From a virus, in IMG/VR virus record IMGVR_UViG_3300018080_000100: a stretch of 34,656 nucleotides of DNA; one strand, 5' to 3'. Below the pieces are notes generated by a model. It saw only the letters and a program-made list of their open reading frames with translations, had not been told where the DNA came from and searched no databases. Each line of letters opens with the position of its first letter. Within the stretch, counting starts at the first letter, position 1. A program made the translations under genes and the position numbers. Below are positions 1-8,520 of this stretch, piece by piece.

Positions 1-671
1 TCCCAGTCCCGTCGGAACCGCTGCTTGATAATGACTCGGTTCCAATTGTTGGGGCCGGACGTGAAGCCGACGTCGGTAAAGCCGGGCTCGCCGGGCCTGC
101 AGCACTCTGGGTCGATAAGAGCCCAGAGGCGCAGGCTCACCAGTTCGGATATGTGACTCAGTGGATAGTCGCCGCTAGAACGGGAGTAGCCCATCTTGGT
201 GGCGATATGCCTACAGAATCGCGTCGTCCAGAACTTAGTAATGCGACAAGGGCATGCAGTACCGGCGAGTACGCGCAGCACGAAGCTGCCGCCAGGCTTG
301 CCATACTTGGTAGTGGCATGTTCATACGAGATGACCTGAATCGGCACCCACTCTTTCTCCTGCTGTAGGTGCCATACTGGTACGGGCACACCACTGCGCA
401 AGAGGTCGAGATTGCCGGCCAAGCGCCACGACATGTCCTTGATGTCATCATTGGTCAATGTCACCCCGGCCAGGTCGCGGACACTGTCCCATACCGCCTG
501 ACGCTTGACGCGTCGCAACGCTTTACAGATCGCCGTGACGAACTCCTCGAAGTGGTCACCGCACGGAGCAAATCCGCAGAACTCGGTGAGATCGTCGTTG
601 GTCATCTTGTCCCGTAGCTTGAGCACACGGGCCAAGTCGTACCGGCGGGATGCGACAGTGAAGTCGTTCAT
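1..671 (-). CDS. hypothetical protein, Cys-rich; 3' end truncated by window edge (at least 223 aa, begins MNDFTVASRRYDLARV)
   Basis: Manual reverse-complement translation from the ATG at 671 is open to position 1 with no stop. An AACGGAGG Shine-Dalgarno sits 8 nt upstream of the ATG. The ORF is absent from the track only because it lacks a stop inside the window. The upstream gene ends at 692. Confidence 0.7.
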   Translation of the reverse strand, partial: MNDFTVASRRYDLARVLKLRDKMTNDDLTEFCGFAPCGDHFEEFVTAICKALRRVKRQAVWDSVRDLAGVTLTNDDIKDMSWRLAGNLDLLRSGVPVPVWHLQQEKEWVPIQVISYEHATTKYGKPGGSFVLRVLAGTACPCRITKFWTTRFCRHIATKMGYSRSSGDYPLSHISELVSLRLWALIDPECCRPGEPGFTDVGFTSGPNNWNRVIIKQRFRRDW

Positions 672-691
672 TAGACAAGCCTCCGTTAGGC

Positions 692-1204
692 TTAGGAAGT
701 TCCGAGAGCCTTGCGCACGGGCTGCGCAGGCGCGTGTACCACGGGTGCGTCGACGTCCATCAGCGCCTCTAGCTCCGCATCCAGGTCCTCCTGCGTCATT
801 TCCCAGGCGCCAAGTCCGTGCTTCACCTCGAATAGTCGGCCATCGTTATGCTGGTAGTAGGACACCCACTCCACCGTGCCGTATGATCCAAGGATCGTGT
901 AATCGTCTGGTGATATCTGTGGAAGGTCCACGATCACCTCCATCATCGACATCAAGCGCTGCGGCGAGCCGCCACTGTTCAGGAAGCCCAGTATAGCTTC
1001 CAACACTGACTCGTCGCGCGACGGACACGCGTCGTCGAGTGTCAACGCCGTTTGCTCGATGGTGCGCTGGCCGGTCATCAACGAGATATGCGCTAACGTA
1101 GCGCCCATCTCTACGGGCTCTACCCGCAAGTGATAGCCGTCCAGCGCCAGCCTGTGCTCCTCTTTGAGCACATCAGCGGCCTGAATCACTTCGTCGTCAG
1201 ACAT
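692..1204 (-). CDS. hypothetical protein (about 171 aa, acidic C-terminal part)
   Basis: Track ORF 692..1234. The preferred start is the ATG at 1204 (MSDDEVIQ), which overlaps the stop of the upstream gene at 1197 and has an AGGAAG motif upstream. Amino-acid composition looks like a real protein. Confidence 0.6.
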   Translation of the reverse strand: MSDDEVIQAADVLKEEHRLALDGYHLRVEPVEMGATLAHISLMTGQRTIEQTALTLDDACPSRDESVLEAILGFLNSGGSPQRLMSMMEVIVDLPQISPDDYTILGSYGTVEWVSYYQHNDGRLFEVKHGLGAWEMTQEDLDAELEALMDVDAPVVHAPAQPVRKALGTS

Positions 1205-1670
1205 GCGCCGCTTTGGCTTCCTTGGCAGCCGCAATGATCGGGCGCGTGGAATCGGTCACTCGGTGGAGCCCGTCCCAGGCCTCCACGAGCGCGTCACCAG
1301 CGGAGGCCGTCAAGCTGCGGAACAGCGGCAGGAACTGCAGCAGCTCTGCCTGTGACAGCGTGTTCATGTCCAGCTTCATCTCGCCGGGCGTCGGGCCGTT
1401 CTGCGGGAACCGTACGATCACGAACGGCAACGACGGCAGGTTCATGGTGTCGTCTACGCCGGTCGCCTCTAACGCCTCCAACGTTGCCAGGACGTCACGG
1501 AAATGGCCATATGCGGCGCTCTGCCGCTGCAGCTCGATGTTGAGCTGGCCTACGCCAACGGCGTAGTCCTCTAACGTAGCCTGCTGCTGTTGCGCGGGCT
1601 GCTGCACAGGTTGCTGCACAGGCTGTTGCGGCGCCTGCGGCGCTGCCATCGGGTTCTGTGGTTGATCCAC
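1197..1670 (-). CDS. hypothetical protein with Pro/Gln-rich N-terminus (MAAPQAPQQPVQQPVQQPAQQQQA)
   Basis: This is the distal part of track ORF 1197..1883. The track's N-terminal 70 aa are Arg/Cys/Ser-rich and overlap ORF 1678..2091, so they are likely spurious. The likely start is GTG at 1670 (GAGGT SD 4 nt upstream) or ATG at 1649. Confidence 0.5.
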   Translation of the reverse strand: MDQPQNPMAAPQAPQQPVQQPVQQPAQQQQATLEDYAVGVGQLNIELQRQSAAYGHFRDVLATLEALEATGVDDTMNLPSLPFVIVRFPQNGPTPGEMKLDMNTLSQAELLQFLPLFRSLTASAGDALVEAWDGLHRVTDSTRPIIAAAKEAKAAHV

Positions 1671-1677
1671 GATTACC

Positions 1678-2091
1678 TCATTGAATACGTGCAGCGAAGC
1701 CGAGCCAGAAACGGAAGTCTCCGTCGACCTCCTGGATCGGGTCGCCGATGATGATGTGGGTGCGCAGCGCATTGGGCACTGCTTCAATGTAGCGCTGGAT
1801 TGCATCCATCGCACCGAGCATCGCCTTGACCGGATCTTGACTGGTCCGATAAGGCAACAACGGGATGCGAACAAGGTCGCCATCCCTGGTTAGGCTCCAC
1901 GCCAATGGGCCGTCTGGCCTCGAGAACTGTAGCGGCTCAGCGCGCGCTTTCCAAATCTCGTTCTCACCGCGGCGAAGCACCTGCTGGATTAGCGGGTTGC
2001 CCGTGTGCGGATCGGTGGGGAGCTCCTCCGCTTCAAGGAACGGAGTCATGTCGAATATTTGTGCAGTGTAGTCACGGGACATGTTTGCCAT
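1678..2091 (-). CDS. hypothetical protein (137 aa)
   Basis: Track ORF with protein-like composition. Its start overlaps the stop of the upstream gene (2072) by 20 nt. No recognisable motif. Confidence 0.55.
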   Translation of the reverse strand: MANMSRDYTAQIFDMTPFLEAEELPTDPHTGNPLIQQVLRRGENEIWKARAEPLQFSRPDGPLAWSLTRDGDLVRIPLLPYRTSQDPVKAMLGAMDAIQRYIEAVPNALRTHIIIGDPIQEVDGDFRFWLGFAARIQ

Positions 2092-2896
2092 CCAGTACGT
2101 CGAAGAGTGTTGGGTGGTTACGGATACGCGGTGCGGGCGCTTCGGGCGGTTCGCACCTGTAAGTTACACCGATCGGCTGTTGAGAAAAACCGCGCCGGGA
2201 CGCTGTTGAGCATTTTCCGCTCTCGTTGGCGTTGATGGCCAACCCCGTAGTGAACTTGCCCATCTTGTAGCCATGCTGATGGCACAGGGCGCCAAGCATC
2301 ACGTCGCCGCCGTTGTGTTCGAAGTCCTTCGGCGGCCAGTCATGCCGTTTCAGGATATCCGTCCGGATGCACCACCACCCGCCTGTGATGAACGAAATAC
2401 GGGCATGCTGCGGCACCGGCTTGCCATTGAACCACGGCTGATCCCTGATGTACTGCGCCTGATGCCCCCGAAGGTTCATCAGGTACGGCGCGCCCACCAT
2501 GGCATGATTCTGCATCTTGTCGTCAAGTATGCCGAACCACAGTTGCGGGTCTCGATTGCTGTCCAATAGCCACGAGTCATCGTCGAACCAGATGGTGTAC
2601 TTCGTATCGATGCCTGGGTGCCCGTCGTTCAACGTCGCATCTGGTGTACCGTGGAACATGCGCCGCATCAGCGGATACTTGTAGTACGGCTGCTCTCCAC
2701 GATACACGTCGGTGATCGGGACATATATGTGCCGGCGCAGCACAGTCTCAGTATCCCTGCAGACGTTGTTCAACCCGACACGCATGTCGAAGTAGTCGGC
2801 CCACCCCGCACGACCGAGCGACTCTAAGAGCCGCTCGGCCAAGTCGGGATGTTTGCCGTAGAACAGAGCACAAATTGTGAACTGCTTGTTTGCCAT
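2072..2896 (-). CDS. hypothetical protein with hhhhDDD motif (YTIWFDDDSWL); possible GT-A fold glycosyltransferase
   Basis: 274 aa track ORF. Its ATG overlaps the upstream stop as TAATG at 2894-2898. A DxD-like motif preceded by a hydrophobic beta-strand is typical of nucleotide-sugar glycosyltransferases. The assignment is tentative. Confidence 0.6.
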   Translation of the reverse strand: MANKQFTICALFYGKHPDLAERLLESLGRAGWADYFDMRVGLNNVCRDTETVLRRHIYVPITDVYRGEQPYYKYPLMRRMFHGTPDATLNDGHPGIDTKYTIWFDDDSWLLDSNRDPQLWFGILDDKMQNHAMVGAPYLMNLRGHQAQYIRDQPWFNGKPVPQHARISFITGGWWCIRTDILKRHDWPPKDFEHNGGDVMLGALCHQHGYKMGKFTTGLAINANESGKCSTASRRGFSQQPIGVTYRCEPPEAPAPRIRNHPTLFDVLDGKHVP

Positions 2897-3870
2897 TAGC
2901 GATTGACGCCTACACGGCCCTTGCGTTTCTTGGCTGCCTCTCGCTTCTTTTTGGCCGCAGCGCGCTTCTCACGTGCCTTGCGGTTGCGCTCCTCGTTGAG
3001 CGCGACGCTGTCGTCCTCAGGCTCCTCGCCCGATTCCGTGGCAGCGTCCTCCAGCTCGGCAGCGTTCTGCTCAGCCATTTCGGCCTGCGCAGCCATACGC
3101 GCCTCGATGTCTGCCTCGGTGCCCGCCAGGACCTGAGCCATGGCCGCAGCACGCGTCTGCATGCCTACGACCTGCTCCTTGGTCTCGCGCACGGCGGTGA
3201 GCAGCTTGTCGTTCAGCTTATCGGCCGGGATCTCGTGGATCGTCTTGTGCAGGTCGAAGTTGTCACCAGTCCACGCGTCGTCGTAGTTGGTATTGAACTT
3301 CATGGCCTGCGACTGCACATGCGTCAGACAGCCGCGTGCGGACTGAGGAACCTTGACCTTCGGCTTGTTGGTGCCGCGCTTGGTGCGCTCGCACAGATCA
3401 CGTACCTTGGCCCACAGCTCCTCTGCCGTCCACGCCTGTTCGAGGCACGCGGCAGCAAGCTGCATACGGGTATCGAGATCGCCCACGCCGGCAAGGTAAA
3501 CCAGATGCGACCAGCTCAGCATGTTGCCAGCTTCGCCCTGCATCTTGATGTATTCGGTGAACGCCTTCTTCGTGCCGAACGCCTTGCAGACGTTCATGGA
3601 GTTACGAAGCTGGGCGTCCGTCTTGAAGCCCAAGCCCACAGCGAGGCGCGTCAGCACCTTGTTGCCATAGAGCTCTTTCTTACTGGCGGCCTTCCTGTGG
3701 ACGGCAGCCACTTTCTGTCCCAAATCCCAGTACCACAAACTGCTGTCCTTCGTGCGCTGCTGGATGTAGGTATGCAGCTCCTTGAAGGCGGCCTTCTCGG
3801 CGTCGGTGTAGGTGGACTGGGCCTGCAGAGGAGTGTAGTCCTCTATCTTCGCAGGAAGCGTTGTACTCAT
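2896..3870 (-). CDS. hypothetical protein (324 aa), acidic/basic Lys-rich C-terminal tail
   Basis: Track ORF. An AGGAG SD sits 6 nt upstream of the ATG at 3870. The stop overlaps the next start as TAATG. Confidence 0.7.
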   Translation of the reverse strand: MSTTLPAKIEDYTPLQAQSTYTDAEKAAFKELHTYIQQRTKDSSLWYWDLGQKVAAVHRKAASKKELYGNKVLTRLAVGLGFKTDAQLRNSMNVCKAFGTKKAFTEYIKMQGEAGNMLSWSHLVYLAGVGDLDTRMQLAAACLEQAWTAEELWAKVRDLCERTKRGTNKPKVKVPQSARGCLTHVQSQAMKFNTNYDDAWTGDNFDLHKTIHEIPADKLNDKLLTAVRETKEQVVGMQTRAAAMAQVLAGTEADIEARMAAQAEMAEQNAAELEDAATESGEEPEDDSVALNEERNRKAREKRAAAKKKREAAKKRKGRVGVNR

Positions 3871-3878
3871 TTCAACTC

Positions 3879-4982
3879 CTAGAGCTGAACTCTCTTGGCG
3901 AGAACGTCGAACGCCGTGCGCTCTAACTTCTCGCGTATTTCAGGATATTGGCCATCGGCGTCACGCATCAGCATGATCACCACGTCGCGTACCTGGCGCT
4001 TGGCGATGTCGGCAGCTGTTACACTATTGGGTACGAACGTACCCTCAACTCCCATGAAAATCGCCTTCCGCAGCACGTCTTCTGCAAGACTCTTGTCGAT
4101 GTACTTGGTCAGCTTGGTTTGCATCCGCGTGCGCTTCGCCTTGTTCAGCTTATCGTCCGCGTTCAGCAAATCAAGTGGCTTAGCCATAACTTCGGCTGCT
4201 TGTTTGGCCACAAGCGCTGTGGACTCCCAGCTATGAAGCACGCCCGCGAGGGTCGAACCTAGTCGCTTGATGAAGTCTTTGCCGGAGTGCGCCAGATGGC
4301 GCAGCTTGTTCATACACCGTAACGTATGCCCTATCTGTAGGATGGTCGCTCCACGGACGCCACATTCACCGGCTTCGCTGTTGGAGAAATAGGCTCCTCC
4401 ATACAGCGGTCCGTCGTCGAGTTCGACGAGTGGTTCTTCCGTCAGGAACGTGACCGCCATGCGGCGGCCAACCAACAGTCCTTCATAGAACTGCATGGGC
4501 ACTTCGTGCGAGTCCATCATCTCCTTGACCGCCTCCAGTAGCTGGTGGTTGGGCAGGAGCTGATAGCGTGGGCCAACAATACCGTCGACAACGCCTGATT
4601 TATGGTTCTGGATTATGTCCCGGCCACAAAGGCCATCGGGAGCCCTGAAACGCAGCTCAAGGCAGTCATTGATGATCCCGATCGCTTGGTGTATCGAGGT
4701 CGCCGAATCGTATGCATTGGCGCTGCGGTGTACTCCGGCGATGTCCGCCGCGAGTGACCACAGGCCTTTGGATACGTGACTGCAGAGCTGCCTTATAGCC
4801 AGCGGAGAGAAAGCCGCGCCGTTCGCAAGCAGACGAAAATGTATGGAATCGCCGTCAAGCTTGACAGAATCGACGTGGCTTATCAGCGTCCGCGTGGTGT
4901 GCTGGTCAATGTCGCGCAGCAGCTCGATGAAGGCATCGAACTCGTGCGCTAGGAATTCATGTCTCTCTGGGATCGCCAGCAT
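3879..4982 (-). CDS. hypothetical protein (367 aa)
   Basis: Track ORF with protein-like composition. It is followed 8 nt later by the next gene. The 20 nt upstream intergenic region is a GATC-containing palindrome (TTTGATC-tcat-GATCAAA). Confidence 0.7.
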   Translation of the reverse strand: MLAIPERHEFLAHEFDAFIELLRDIDQHTTRTLISHVDSVKLDGDSIHFRLLANGAAFSPLAIRQLCSHVSKGLWSLAADIAGVHRSANAYDSATSIHQAIGIINDCLELRFRAPDGLCGRDIIQNHKSGVVDGIVGPRYQLLPNHQLLEAVKEMMDSHEVPMQFYEGLLVGRRMAVTFLTEEPLVELDDGPLYGGAYFSNSEAGECGVRGATILQIGHTLRCMNKLRHLAHSGKDFIKRLGSTLAGVLHSWESTALVAKQAAEVMAKPLDLLNADDKLNKAKRTRMQTKLTKYIDKSLAEDVLRKAIFMGVEGTFVPNSVTAADIAKRQVRDVVIMLMRDADGQYPEIREKLERTAFDVLAKRVQL

Positions 4983-5002
4983 TTTGATCTCATGATCAAA
5001 GT

Positions 5003-5485
5003 TTACCAGTCCTCTGCTGGGCCCAGTCTCTCGATGAAACTGTCGATAGGCTCCAGCAGGTAGTAACCGTCGCGTAGGCGCCAGAAGCGCCCGCTCGCGC
5101 CTACCGTGTAGGGTAGACGATCACCGTACGTGAACACGTGCAAGCCTCCGCGACCGCGCCACGGAAACACCATGCCCACGACCTGGACGTCCTCGTGGGG
5201 GTATAGATCCACGATCTCGTCCATCGCCATCATCAACGCTGACTTTGACGGCCAACGCAACATGGCAACTTCGAGGTCGTCCAGCGCCTTCGGTCCGAAC
5301 TTATGCGCCACCAACTGATACGGTATCGAAGTGTGTGCCACCAGTTGGTCAAAGGTCGTACACGACGCCGCGTCTGGGAGCGCGGCCTTGATTACGATGC
5401 GGCGCACTGCCTCGCGCTCGATCATCGCTGTCTCTCCCAGCTTGGACGCGTCCTCGCCGGGCATCAGGTCTTGCCAATCGGGCAT
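5003..5485 (-). CDS. hypothetical protein (160 aa or shorter)
   Basis: Track ORF. Its 5' part overlaps ORF 5349..5633 in another frame, so the true start may be internal (for example M at 5464 or 5425). Confidence 0.5.
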   Translation of the reverse strand: MPDWQDLMPGEDASKLGETAMIEREAVRRIVIKAALPDAASCTTFDQLVAHTSIPYQLVAHKFGPKALDDLEVAMLRWPSKSALMMAMDEIVDLYPHEDVQVVGMVFPWRGRGGLHVFTYGDRLPYTVGASGRFWRLRDGYYLLEPIDSFIERLGPAEDW

Positions 5486-5633
5486 TCTCGCTCCTTCTTG
5501 GTGTTACCGGCACAACCTCCACGGCCTTGTCGACGCTGGCGATATGATCCGCCCGCTCTTTGTCGACATAGACCGTCAGAGGATAGCCGTTGTCCTTCCT
5601 TGTGACCACGTACCAGGTCTCTTCTTTAGCCAT
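5349..5633 (-). CDS. small hypothetical protein (MAKEETWYVVTRKDNGYPLTVYVDKERADHIASVDKAVEVV...)
   Basis: The ATG at 5633 overlaps the stop of the RecA-like gene as TAATG. The first ~45 aa look protein-like. The Arg-rich tail overlaps 5003..5485 and may reflect a wrong frame or a frameshift. Confidence 0.4.
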   Translation of the reverse strand: MAKEETWYVVTRKDNGYPLTVYVDKERADHIASVDKAVEVVPVTPRRSENARLARPDARRGRVQAGRDSDDRARGSAPHRNQGRAPRRGVVYDL

Positions 5634-7045
5634 TACAGCTCTTCTGGATTCTCGACGGACGAGGTAGGCCACGCTGTGGGTGCCTCAGTCACTGGCTGTG
5701 GATACTGCTCGGGCGTCGGGCCGAGCGCCTCTTGCTCTTCTTGGAGCGACTTCAACTGGCTCACCGTCACGGCGATCGCATCAGCCTGGGCCTCGATATG
5801 CTCGTTGCCCGCCTGCTGCTTCATGTAGTCCACGCCAGGCTGGAAGTACGGCTGCTGCGTGATCTCGCACAGTTCGTACAGATCGGTCAGCACGTCAGGA
5901 CGCAACTCAAGCTGCATACCAAGATCGTGCGCAGGCATGGCATCGCTGGACGGCACGCCAAGGCGCTTAGACCAGTAGAGCTTGCCGGCGCTTCCGCCAG
6001 ACTTCTCGTGGATGTCGCAGACCTCACGCGCCCGCGGTACGAACGCCTTAGCCTTAGCCTGTGTCATGCCCTGACCGGACGCCAGGAACAGGATGCCAGC
6101 CTCCCACCATTCGAAGCGGCTGTGGAGCCTGTGGATGCCTGGGGCATCCTCCTGATACCACGTCTTGAACCGTACGTTGATGCGGATGTTGTCCGCGCCG
6201 TACGAGTTCTTGATCGTCTTGAGCATGACCGTGCCGGCCTTGTAGGTGGCGAAGTCCTTGATCTGGCCGATCTTGTCCATCTGGAGAATGGCAGCGCACT
6301 GGAACTTCAGTGCCCACCCGCCAGGGATGTTGTAGTCGATCTGGCCGGTGATCTTGTCTTCGGCGATCTTCATGTGGTTCACGCCCACGAAGGTTATCGG
6401 CCATCCGAGAAGCTTCTGTGGATAGGCGCGCATGAAGTCGGCAATGAGCTTGGCTTCCACCGGGAAGTGCATCCCAGCGTGGCCCTCCTTGTCGATATTG
6501 GCCAGCGTCTTCTCACTAGCCTTACCGGTCAACGAGTCGACGATCATGCAGAACGGATGCTTACGGCCGATATGCGCGTACTTCTCGCAATCCTTCTGCC
6601 ACTGGGCAGTGCCCATCAACGTCTTGCGCTGCCAGTCCTCGAGCGTAGCACAGTCCTCTACTTTGACGGCACCGGTGTCCCAGTTCAGCACAGCGTTGCG
6701 CATCTCAGGTGTGGGCTTCGTCTCAGCCTCGTTGAGTTGACCCAGACCACCGCACAAGCGATGCCAACGTAGCATCTCTATGGCGAGCGTGGACTTGTAG
6801 CAGCCCTGCGGGCCAACTACTTGATAGACGCAGCTCATGGGCAAGCCCGTGTTCTGCAGCAAATACCGGATGATGAACGCCGGCACGGGCAGCACTGTAA
6901 GCGTATCGTTGTGACCGACCAGCACGCCCTTCTTCAACAGCTTCTCCTGGACGGTTTCCATCGAACGCGCGAACACCTGGTCCACGGTGATCTCTTCGCC
7001 AGTGAGCTTGTTCTTGACTTCCGTCTTAGACTTACGTTTCGCCAT
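5633..7045 (-). CDS. RecA-superfamily P-loop ATPase, possible phage recombinase (UvsX/Sak4/RecA-like core plus ~150 aa C-terminal extension)
   Basis: It carries a deviant Walker A (VVGPQGCYKST) followed by a hhhhD Walker B (FCMIVDSL) at RecA-like spacing. An AGGA SD lies upstream of the ATG at 7045. It sits next to the replication genes. Confidence 0.6.
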   Translation of the reverse strand: MAKRKSKTEVKNKLTGEEITVDQVFARSMETVQEKLLKKGVLVGHNDTLTVLPVPAFIIRYLLQNTGLPMSCVYQVVGPQGCYKSTLAIEMLRWHRLCGGLGQLNEAETKPTPEMRNAVLNWDTGAVKVEDCATLEDWQRKTLMGTAQWQKDCEKYAHIGRKHPFCMIVDSLTGKASEKTLANIDKEGHAGMHFPVEAKLIADFMRAYPQKLLGWPITFVGVNHMKIAEDKITGQIDYNIPGGWALKFQCAAILQMDKIGQIKDFATYKAGTVMLKTIKNSYGADNIRINVRFKTWYQEDAPGIHRLHSRFEWWEAGILFLASGQGMTQAKAKAFVPRAREVCDIHEKSGGSAGKLYWSKRLGVPSSDAMPAHDLGMQLELRPDVLTDLYELCEITQQPYFQPGVDYMKQQAGNEHIEAQADAIAVTVSQLKSLQEEQEALGPTPEQYPQPVTEAPTAWPTSSVENPEEL

Positions 7046-7063
7046 GATAGATCCTATGAAAGA

Positions 7064-7094
7064 GGCCCCCGCCCGGGACGAACCCGGGCGGGGC
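7064..7094 (-). terminator. GC-rich hairpin (11 bp perfect stem GCCCCGCCCGGG / CCCGGGCGGGGC, loop ACGAA) followed on the minus strand by CTCTTTCAT
   Basis: It lies immediately downstream of the stop of gene 7111..8520 and upstream of the SD of the RecA-like gene. The T-tract is modest, so it may be an attenuator or partial terminator. Confidence 0.45.
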
Positions 7095-7110
7095 GGTGTT
7101 TACAAGCCTC

Positions 7111-8520
7111 TTAGCCGCCTTGCTGGGCGGCTGCGGCTGCAGCACGGTCACGAGCTCGCTGGAGCGCGTCCACTGTGGACTGCGCGCGATTCGTGTCGGC
7201 GTGCGTTGGCTGCGGATCAAAACCCTGGGCCTCGGGAGTAGGCTGAGGCGCAGTGGTTTCCTGTGGCGGCGCCTGCGCAGGCTCCGTGGGCGCAGTGCCC
7301 ATGGGGTTCCCAGCTGGCTGCTCCGCAGGCGGTTGGGCCTGCGGGGGCGGCTGCTGTGCAGGCGGCTGGACGGCCGGCATACCGGGATCCGGTTGTGTGG
7401 CCGTCGGTGCAGCGCCCATCGGGTTTCCACCCGCAGGCGCTTGTGGTTCGGTTGCCTGAGCCATCGGGTTTGTGTTCCCGACGCTCTGGAATGGCGTCGT
7501 GTTCGGCTGCGATTGCGCCATGGCCTGATCGCGAATGTGCTCCGGAATCGCTTCCGAGTACACATCGCTCAAGGCGTACATGATCGCCGAAGCCGGGATG
7601 CCAGCGCTACAGAGCATCTTCACCTGCTCTTCGATGGTGGGGATGCGGATGATCTCATCCCACGGCTTGACGTGAGCAGCGGCCACCTCGCGGACGAGGT
7701 CGGACGTCGGTGCAATACCGTTGTAGGTCGGCATGATCTCGACCTCGTAGGTGTTGTTTACCGGCGCATTACCGCCGCCAACAGCCATGTTGGCGCCCAT
7801 CTGGATCGGTGCCGCGTTCTGCGCCGCCTGATTCTGGGTGCCTGCTTGGTGGAACTGGACGAACATGCCGCCGTCAAGCGACACGATGTCGGGCCAGACC
7901 CAGTTACCGTTGGCGTCCTTCTCGCTCAACTTGTCGAGAAGCGCCTCGCCAGCGGACTGGCTCATCAACAGGACGACGGGCTGATGCTCCATCAGACACC
8001 CGCGTGGCGGGTTCTGTGGATTCGACTTATGCTCCATCAGGATGCCCTGCATGACGTAACCGTCCTTCGGGGCGTTGAGTGGAGCCGCGCGGCCAGTCGC
8101 TCCAAAGATGAGCGGGTTCCAGCTTGGGTCCCCTTGACCGCTCTTGACCGCCTGCGTGATCGACCGGTGCAGCATCCACACAGGGTTCTGCTGGTCGTCC
8201 GAGGTCTTGTCGAGAGGATCCTTCATGATGAAGGTGATCCCCGGAACGCCGAAACTGGATGCCATGTCGTAACGACGGATCCAGTCGCCGAAGTCTCTGT
8301 CCTCGTCACTCAGACGGAACGGATCCCAGGCTTGGGGGTTATCGGGGTCCTTGCCAGGAAACGGCCGAAATACGGTCCGTGTCCCGTTCCATGTGGGCCG
8401 GTAGATTTGACAACCGGCGTTCTCCTTCAGGATGTACATACCCTGAAGCCCACGTTGAGAAGCTTGTCCCTCTTGGGACATACGATAGCGGCCAGAAGCC
8501 GCCGCACCTTGGCGTGGCAT
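7111..8520 (-). CDS. hypothetical protein (469 aa) with C-terminal Pro/Gln/Ala-rich low-complexity region containing repeated GNPMG(A/T)APT units
   Basis: A GGAGG SD lies 6 nt upstream of the ATG at 8520. The antisense track ORF 7096..8583 is Arg-rich and rejected. The gene sits between the polymerase and the RecA-like gene, a position where phages often encode SSB or an annealing protein, but no diagnostic motif was seen. Confidence 0.65.
   Translation of the reverse strand: MPRQGAAASGRYRMSQEGQASQRGLQGMYILKENAGCQIYRPTWNGTRTVFRPFPGKDPDNPQAWDPFRLSDEDRDFGDWIRRYDMASSFGVPGITFIMKDPLDKTSDDQQNPVWMLHRSITQAVKSGQGDPSWNPLIFGATGRAAPLNAPKDGYVMQGILMEHKSNPQNPPRGCLMEHQPVVLLMSQSAGEALLDKLSEKDANGNWVWPDIVSLDGGMFVQFHQAGTQNQAAQNAAPIQMGANMAVGGGNAPVNNTYEVEIMPTYNGIAPTSDLVREVAAAHVKPWDEIIRIPTIEEQVKMLCSAGIPASAIMYALSDVYSEAIPEHIRDQAMAQSQPNTTPFQSVGNTNPMAQATEPQAPAGGNPMGAAPTATQPDPGMPAVQPPAQQPPPQAQPPAEQPAGNPMGTAPTEPAQAPPQETTAPQPTPEAQGFDPQPTHADTNRAQSTVDALQRARDRAAAAAAQQGG

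Noticed and set aside
1671-1883. N-terminal 71 aa of track ORF 1197..1883 (MATLFASRCCLIGPVKIRSRRCSV...)
   Set aside because: The segment is Arg/Cys/Ser-rich and overlaps ORF 1678..2091 in another frame. A GTG/ATG with GAGGT SD at 1670/1649 gives a sensible start for the PQ-rich protein.
2890-3882. 330-aa plus-strand ORF antisense to 2896..3870
   Set aside because: It has the same GC-rich antisense signature. The minus-strand frame has an AGGAG SD and translational coupling on both sides.
5732-6772. 346-aa plus-strand ORF antisense to the RecA-like gene
   Set aside because: Its composition is Arg/Leu/His-rich and it has no SD. It lies entirely within a motif-supported minus-strand gene.
7032-7565. 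177-aa minus-strand ORF rich in Arg/Pro/Ser (RRRRHRKPLRLSLL...)
   Set aside because: It is a frame-shifted shadow of the PQ-rich 3' region of gene 7111..8520, and its composition is not protein-like.
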